A stretch of 64,000 nt of DNA from positions 620,001-684,000 of the forward strand of contig CM102290.1 of assembly GCA_046563655.1 (NCBI GenBank), read 5' to 3'. The notes under the pieces are model-generated. The model searched no databases, was not told where the DNA came from, and was given only the letters and a program-made list of their open reading frames with translations. A program made the translations under genes and the position numbers. This document shows positions 54,410-64,000 of the stretch, in pieces (the stretch's first letter is position 1; each line of letters opens with the position of its first letter). Origin of the DNA: Yuukianura sp. NJ FZ-2021 (Eukaryota).

Positions 54410-55015
54410 AACTATACTTATGGTTTTCTATTCAATTTCTTGCAAATTGGATTTTCAGCTTCGTTTAGTCGCCGAGTCGGCGCGTTGCGTATTCCCGTTT
54501 CAGATTTTCATAACAACGTCCTAAAAATAGGCTAAATTAAACAAATTACTGGTAAATTAAAGTCAAAATATTGTGCTAAATTCATTGTGAAGTCAGTCAT
54601 GCTTGACGAAGGTGATGTTGTAGAGGTCATGTGTAGTAAGTGTGGCTATGGCACTACTTAGATAATAAGTGACGATGTCCATGATGTCTTTAGTATTTTT
54701 GCACTCCTAGTGCAATTCCGCACACAGAGTTGAGTCAGACACAGAGGAGTCAGGTTGGAGGAGAGTAAAGAAACAAGTTCCTTTGTTATTTACGCAGACA
54801 CGAAGACATAACACGAAGCACATGAGTGATTTCTTTCTAGTTTTTTTGCAACATCAATTAATAGTACATAGTCAAAGGACATCCACAACATTGTGAACAA
54901 TCTTACCTTAGAAACAGTGGACGACAGTCTGTTGTTCCCACTGGACATGACACAGCTTCCAACTGGACAAAATCGTCACGAGTACGACAATCAGCGACAT
55001 TGACCTTTACCTACA

Positions 55016-58000
55016 ATGACGGAGAAAATAGGAGACTACGAGTACAACTCGAAGGACCTCATAGGGCATGGGGCCTTCGCTGTCGTTTTCAAGGGCAGAA
55101 ATACACAGGTAACTAATTGACTTATAACGTAACTGAACATTCCTAAATCAACTCTGACGTTTCATGTTCGTAATTTGTTTTCAGGCAAATCAATGCGTGG
55201 CAATCAAATCGATTACGAAGAAAAACCTGGCTAAGTCACAAGCTCTACTCACAAAAGAAATTGCAATTTTGAAGGTAAGTAAACGAGAATTGGAGAAAAT
55301 GGTTTGATATGGCATTGGATTAATTGTTTCACCTTCTAACTTGTCATTATTATTGCAGGAACTGACGGCTCTTCACCATGAAAATGTGGTGGCTCTATTT
55401 GAGTGTCGGGTAAGTAATCCATGTAATTACTTTTTACCAAGATGATTACCAGGTTCAGAAGCTTAATTTCTTATGTGATTGATTTATAGGAAACAGCTAC
55501 ACACGTCTTTTTGGTTATGGAGGTTCGTATTTTAGAGCTTTACAACCAAATCGTTCAAATGGGGATTCTTATTGTTGGTTTTGTTTTGTTTAGTATTGCA
55601 ATGGCGGTGACCTGGCTGATTATCTCAGTGGTGAGTTCTTAGGAACATAGTCAAACTACTACGTTTTTCCAACGTTTGATATGTGTTTGGTTTGAAACAG
55701 GAAAGGGAACGTTGAGTGAAGACACTATCCGACTGTTCCTTCGTCAATTGGGTAACAAGTCATGAAAGTTCTTCGTCGTTATTTTTTTGATTAATTAGTG
55801 AATCATTGAATTAATTTTGGTTTTGTGTATTAGCTGGAGCAATGCAAGCGCTCCATTCCAAAGGGGTGGTCCACAGAGACTTGAAACCTCAGAACATTCT
55901 GTTGACATACCAGAAACCATCGCCCCTTCCAGAAGAAATCTCTTTGAAAATCGGTAAACCTTAGAATCAAATTGCTATTCAAAATGCTCGTTTTTCACTT
56001 TCTCATTTTCATTATTAGCTGACTTTGGATTTGCAAGATTTCTGCAAGATGGAGTAATGGCAGCTACCCTTTGTGGGTCTCCAATGTACATGGTAAGAAT
56101 TTCAAAGTGCAAAAGGCATAAAGTGTTGCAGTTAACTCTAATTTAAGTTTTAGTTTTAATTTAACTTGTTTAATTTATGGTTGTAGGCACCTGAAGTGAT
56201 CATGTCATTGAATTATGATGCCAAAGCAGACTTATGGTCTCTTGGAACAATCGTTTATCAATGTTTGACTGGAAAGGCTCCGTTTAGTGCACAGACTCCG
56301 CAGCAGTTGAAGCACTTTTACGAGAAGAACCTTGTGCTGAATCCACGGTAATGACTCGAGGAGTGTACTAGTGCAAACGAGAATTACAATTTTGGCATCA
56401 TAGAACGAAATATTTTGATTAGATTTTACGATTTGTTGCTAAAAGTGTTTTTTGTTTTTGGGTTTCTATGATATAGGATTCCTGCCGGCACTTCACCTGA
56501 ACTTACTGATCTTCTGAGCAAATTGCTAAAACGAAGTCCAAAGGAACGGTTGGAATTCGGGGCATTTTTTGCACATCCTTTCCTAGCTACTCCGCCGTTA
56601 CCTGTCCCTATACTGACTCCATCTGGTTTGGATGACAAACCTCCGTCGTCACCAGAAGTGGCAGGATTTGTTGTGGTTCCACCACTACCAAAGTCTAATC
56701 CCATTCCAGTTCCAGCTCCCAAGGCAGAACCCACCTCCAGAGACAACTCTCCGGCTGAACAAAAGATCCAGAACCTCAAGAACACTGGAGGAATCATGGA
56801 AGTGAGTGGATTTCAAAACAAGAAGAGAGCCGGAAGTGGTAAGTTAGATAGTCATTGCCGACAATTTCTAAAACCTACAATTCCAAAGGCGACAACGTCA
56901 ATATCCGACAACGTGTAAACCCGACAAAACTATGAACTGCTATAATTCAATAAGAACTTTAGACGTTGTTGGGTTTGGAATTGTGGGCTTTGGGATTGTC
57001 TGATATAGTATTGTCTACTATTGGATTTTCCGCAATGACCTGCAACCCACTCTAATACTAGTGAACATAATTCGTAATATTGGTTTGTAGGCGGTGATCT
57101 GTGGTCTCCTGATGTTAATTCCATGTCTCCACCTCGAGTCCAATTTACTCCAACACCCGTCACAAATAGCAGTTTGTCTCATGGAGGCATGACTACAACA
57201 CCACCACAACAGTACCAAGTCATTCAATACTCTGGTACTGGTGGCCCTGGGAATTCACCACGCAAAACGAGTCTCGATTCTGGAGCACCACTCATTTTTG
57301 CAGCTTCTCCACCTCCAGACTTTTTCATTTTCAATTTCGAACCACCTCAGTTGACTGAAGAAACTCTTTTGGAGAAGGAACATAATCAGACTCTGGCAAA
57401 GCTCAACTTTGTCTTGGCTCTTGTTGACTGCGTTCTTGATCTCGCTAAAGTTAAGAATGTATCTACAGTCAAAACGCAGGGAGGTGCTCCGTAAGTCCGG
57501 AATTGGAATAGTAACATTTGGAACCTAAAACTACTTTCGTTTTTCTTACAGTGGAGACGAAGTCCTTTCAATTCAGCAGAGAACACTGGCTGGAGAGACG
57601 GATCAACTGATTCTTTATATCCGGGCTCTACAACTTCTGTCTTCTGCACTTCGACTGGCTAAAACGGAATTGGAAGAGGGGAAGTTACGCCCATCAACTG
57701 CAGTCAAACAAGTACGACTATATTCAAGGTTCCTATAACAACAATAGTTTTCCTTTAAGAGGTTAGGCAATACGTCCCACTTTCATAATAGAAAAGCGAC
57801 TTATTGCCTAACCTGTTAAAGAAGAAACTATTTTTTTGTTTACGAACCTTGGGTTTCATTCCACTTATTTTTATCTGACAACATGACAACAGTGCTGATT
57901 TGATTTGCAGGTGATTTATCAATTGAACTCTCGGTTCAAAGAAAGTTATCAAGTGACAAAGAAGCTTCGAACTTTGAGTGCTAGACTGGGAACTATCGCT

Positions 58001-58442
58001 CAAAAGTCACACAATGCTGACAAGTTACTGTACAGTCATGCAATTGACATGGTAAAATAACATTACTAAGCATGATGTGAGCAACAGCTGATCTCTAAAG
58101 TAACTTTTCAGTGTCAAGCTGCAGCGTTGGATGAACTGTTTGGAAACCCAGCTGACTGTGGAAAGCAGTACCAAACTGCCCAGATTCTGCTGCATAGCCT
58201 CTACCAGCAAGCTGCTTCGGAGCATGACAAACAACTCCTTCTCAAATGTAAAACATTGAAACACTGCTAAATATTTGACTAATTAATTGATGAATTTTTG
58301 AATTTGCTTACGTTTTTCTTACGTTTTCTTAGATAAAGATGCCGTGGAGAAACGCCTTTTTGTGTTGCAGCAACAAGGCTATGTGACGGCTTCATTTGAC
58401 GACAACTTCTACGAGAGTAGTTTCATTTCGACTCCAAAATAG
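55016..58442 (+). CDS. Atg1: Ser/Thr kinase Atg1/ULK/unc-51; multi-exon
   Basis: [86 protein letters not shown]-terminal [13 protein letters not shown] and [23 protein letters not shown] (MIT-like domain). Confidence 0.96.
57725..57851. mobile_element. Internally deleted CAAGG-family MITE in an Atg1 intron
   Basis: caaggttcc...aggttaggcaata ... ttattgcctaacctgttaaaga...aaccttg. Confidence 0.7.
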
Positions 58443-59304
58443 AGGAGGTACAATGATGTTGAAGCACTGACGAGTAGGAGGCGATTTATCTCATTCAGTC
58501 ACTCCACGGACGGAGCTCTAACTTTAACTCTTCATCCTCACCTCGTTCAACTCATCTCTGTTCAATTGTTTTTTTAAATTAACTCACATGGTTTCTTATA
58601 TTGTAACGCGTTTTTCCTCTTTCTCTCATCTTTACATGTTTCGTGTAGACTCATACCTCGCCTCGCCCACTTTTCTTACTCCATTGTTTTACGTTCTTTT
58701 GTATTAAGTTGATTCCTAATTATTATTTGTTGTTTGTACAATCGTTAACTGTGACGCCAACTGAAACGCAATGTATAGTTTAGAAAACGAATATTAATTG
58801 TAAGGTAATATGTCGAAAAATGTGCTGCGCCTGCGCCTGAATTTTGATGTTAAAAAGACGACGATGGGGGCAGGAAAGCGTTTGGGTTGTGTAAAGGTTT
58901 GGTTTTTAGTCAGTCTCAGCTTTCCCCTGAACCTTTCAAGCCCTTGGCTTTTGACGATTATTAAATGGGTTAGTAGGATTCAATTCGAATTCAACTAAAT
59001 TAATCGATTAATCGACTTATTCATGCGCTTTCGTTTCAATTTATTCGCTTATTTCGACCAGGACTTATTATAATTTACGTTTTCGTAGGACGGGCAAACT
59101 TTTATTAAGGATTATTGCAGGAACAACCCTTTCTAACTAGATTTCCGGAATTACTAGTTTTATAAATTTAAATACGCATCATACGCAAGTATGATGGGCG
59201 TACGAACCGCGGGGTTGATGATAGGGCAGACGAACTTGAAAAATGGAGAACTAACGTTAAGTGCGGTTATTGGATAAAAACTAACAATGGAATTTGTAAT
59301 ACGT

Positions 59305-60432
59305 TTACCTATTTAGCATGGATTTCCCTAGCCCGGCAGATCGTGGATTCCGTCGATCCTCTTCTTCGTCGGACGTGCAATTGGTAACACCTCCTGCACC
59401 TCTAGTTGAAGTGGCTCTCATCAATTCTTGATCTGGTCCTGGTCGGTTTTCATATAAAAAAGAGTTGAGTGTCTCTTCGTATATGCGAGCCTCTGGGAAT
59501 TCAACCTAAAGTTAAACAAATTGCATAAATTGATTGTGAATTACTTGTGAAATCATGTTTGAATAACCAACAAACCAACTATAACTCCATTTAGTTACCT
59601 TTGTATGTTTTCTATCCGTCGCATACACAATTGACGTACAACACACTTCAGCAAACTTCTTTCCGTTCCCGTAAAATCGCCAGCAACAAATCTCCGATGG
59701 CCCAATTGCATCTTTGATAAAGTGCATTCTTCCGTTGAAACGTAGAGCCAAACGATCGAACATCTCTAAGTTTTTCAACAAGTTTTCATCGGAGGTGCTA
59801 AAAAATACAGTAAAAAAACAGTAAAGTTATATTATATTGATTCACAAACGTTTTCGCATAAGATAAGCGCAGACTCACCTGGTATACGAATACTTATTGT
59901 TATGTCGGTTAATTAGAAGTTCAACAACAGGACGAGTAGCGTTGGAAATGAATTTCCTTCGCTCCTCCTCCGAAGTTATAAATGGGACTTGACAAATTGG
60001 CTGAATGGAAGTTGCATCAATCTGGAGGGCCTTTTCACACATGTGACTAAGATCACTGATACAGAAGAATTTTGATTCTGCTAGCAACTCTTCAATTTCT
60101 TGAATAGTCGAAGGTAGGCCGACACTTCCATCTCGCAGGAAGTTCAAAACTGTACCGAAATGTTTTCCGCACCGATCAATCAAAATCCACCCTACAATAA
60201 AAGAGGAAACATATAAAAAAACGACTCTAAAGTTAAACATTAATGAGTAACGAATGGCACAACCTTCTGAGTCAGTGAGGACTTCCATTCGACCCGAAAA
60301 CATCGCCTGAAGCATCGTATCCGGAAGCTTAGTCAGTGTTCCAATCGTTGTGTAGTGAAGTGTCCCTCCAACGTTTAGTTTTACGTATTGTGAAGGGTTC
60401 CCTTTGATCACAGTCTTCTGATCACCGGACAT
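59305..60432 (-). CDS. KCTD10: KCTD10/TNFAIP1/KCTD13 (BACURD) family CUL3 adaptor; may splice to a further small exon ending near 59168
   Basis: [104 protein letters not shown]. Confidence 0.93.
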
Positions 60433-60840
60433 CTAAAATGACAAACAAAATTCACTTGCCAATGCATTCCGCCCACTGCCCCAATTGATAAATCAGTGTC
60501 AGTGTTCAAAAAATTTCTAAACTGAAACTCCTTTACCATGGATTGTTATGTTTGAATGCTGTTGACCTTTAGTTTCACGGAAATTCTACCCCTAATTAGT
60601 ATGCAACGCTAGGTCAATTAAACACTTTGAATAACATTTAGGGTACTTTAGTTAATTCCACTTCTGTTTGGCATGAACGAGTTGTTTCTTCGGTGGTTTA
60701 CTCAAATTAAATTCGCAAATTGAATCCAAAATTACTTTCATGTGCGAATCTTACTGTACTAAACAACAATCACAATGAACGAAGCGATAATATAAATTAT
60801 GTTAATTTAATGACTAATTGTTACGGTTAGCTTTAACGAG

Positions 60841-61071
60841 CATCATTGTAACCGCGTAGTGTTGCCACTCCACCATTTTTAGTGGCTTATCAAAGAATGG
60901 CCAGGGGAAAAGTTTCCCTGTTAGCAAACGACTATACGGTGGAATTAGTTCCCACGAACTTATGTTGCCATTTTAGGTTAAGTGAAAGTGGCTACTGAAG
61001 TTGTCACTCTATAGGCACCTATTTCAGCCACTAAAAATGGTGGAAAGGCTCACTGTGCGGTTACAATGACG
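60841..61071. mobile_element. MITE with approx. 45-bp imperfect TIRs
   Basis: catcattgtaaccgc...ccaccatttttagtggct vs agccactaaaaatggtgg...gcggttacaatgacg; partial copy at 13580-13690. Confidence 0.75.
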
Positions 61072-62612
61072 GTTTTTAATGCTTACGTCAACCGAATAAA
61101 TTTAATTAAAGTTTAAATAAAATTATCAGCAAAAGGTGGCGCAAGGCTCTATTTGTTGACACTACTATGCGCACCCTAAATTGACAGAAGTGTGCACGGA
61201 GGATGGTTTTTCCGTTGGTCATCTCATATGGGTTGATGAACGTTTGAACAAGGAGGAGGCTGGTGACGTGAGGCTTACTACACTACTGTGCGAATTATGT
61301 GTCCCTGTGAGAGCGGCATCAACATACTATTCCGGAGTTCTAGTCGTCGATCCGAATCCCTGACTCACACAACATTTTAACAGTGCCTGCCCACCCCACA
61401 GAGTTTAGCATCTTGGATAACGAGAGTGAATTGAAACGTGGTATTACCGTGGAACATGTAGGATCGAATATTCTTCAGAACCCAGCAATACCGACTTGCA
61501 TGCTATAAAGTTTAGCATTTTTCAAGGATATCTAACTTTGCGCCCAAGACACCTATGAATTGTACCTTCCTTGATGGAATTTAGTGCTCTAGACCAAGCG
61601 TACCATTAATTCAACAACTTTTCCAGTAGTTTCAGTCGATGCTACGGTAAAACGTCGAACGTTTACCCTAAGGGTTTTCTACAATCGTTGGAAAACCAGA
61701 GCTACAGACGCTCGACCAAGATACCCTACACTTAATTTGATAACTATTTAACGAATTTAACCCTCCCGCTTGTATAACTCAATGAGAAAAGAGCGTCAGG
61801 GAAATTTTTTCATAGTTAGCAAATGAGTGTACAGTATCTAGTTTAGTACCCTGAATACTTAAGTGTCTTTTCAGGGTAATAATTATTGTATCCAGGGTAC
61901 TTTTTATTGTATCAGGAGGAACAATTATATTATCCTCGTAGACTCTTAGAGGCTAATAGGATATTGGATACCTATGCTAGGTATCCGGAGAGTGGTTGTA
62001 GTGTCGAAAAGGCACAGTCATTTTCATCGTGGTTACTAAACTTTGCATTTGTGTGTGGTACTAAACTCAGTCGGATGGGCAGAAACTGTTCAACTTCAAG
62101 CCAACTTGTCAAGGGCGCCATTAGAACCGGCCAGCCCCTATAGTCAGTCAACGACTATACATTTAGCATACTCTTGGTGCTATGTAGCGGATGATGACGA
62201 CGAGTCCCTGCCTGCATCCATCAGTACCGGCGCAATTGTGTGCCGCGATCGCCTAGTTTACCAAGTCTTGTTCTTGTATTCACTCTCTACTGATCTCCTC
62301 GGAGTACCCATTCGTTTCGACTCCTCTTCGGGCAGAGAGAGAGAGAGGCTGATCGTGTCGATCTTGACTACTAATTTTCCTTTTCCAAATTGTATTTAGT
62401 GTTCAAGTAGATTGGAACAACGTTGAGAGGGTAAGGATTTTGGCTATATTGACATTGGAGCGATTCTTGTAAATTAATTTCGTGCCGACCTGTTTCGTTT
62501 TAGGTAAATCATCTGATCCGTGTTCACAGTTTTAAGCTTGGAGATCATACAGAAAGGATAACTGTCACTGCTGAGATTCGTACTGGTTTTTTTTTAAAAC
62601 GAAAATATCAAC

Positions 62613-64000
<1,388 letters not shown>

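Noticed and set aside
61378..61508. Short frame containing ESELKRGITV, reminiscent of the translational GTPase switch-I motif RGIT
   Set aside because: No P-loop or DxxG motif nearby and stops close by; likely chance.

Overview
Eukaryotic, intron-containing DNA, most likely arthropod (inferred from an agatoxin-like neuropeptide gene, a Kunitz-containing F-spondin and mostly 55-90 nt introns). Two compact gene clusters flank a transposon-rich middle. The left cluster (1-13.4 kb) holds catalase (5' end outside the window), F-spondin, a BTBD17-like BTB/BACK gene, an extended-Tudor gene and a short SNAPC1-like gene. The middle (14-39 kb) holds two long-intron genes, an agatoxin-like peptide (ALP) precursor and a claudin-superfamily tetraspan protein, plus many MITEs. 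It also holds a tRNA-derived element and a 1.8-kb non-autonomous hAT element carrying a BED-finger remnant and a 29 x 35-bp quasi-palindromic array. The right cluster (40-64 kb) holds ATRX/XNP without an ADD domain, a helicase-less ZNFX1-like gene, RPUSD4, Atg1/ULK, KCTD10-like and the PP1 catalytic subunit (3' end outside the window). The most notable observation is one catalase intron that consists exactly of a MITE plus one target-site duplication, a candidate transposon-created (introner-type) intron. All gene models were spliced by eye and no database searches were run.
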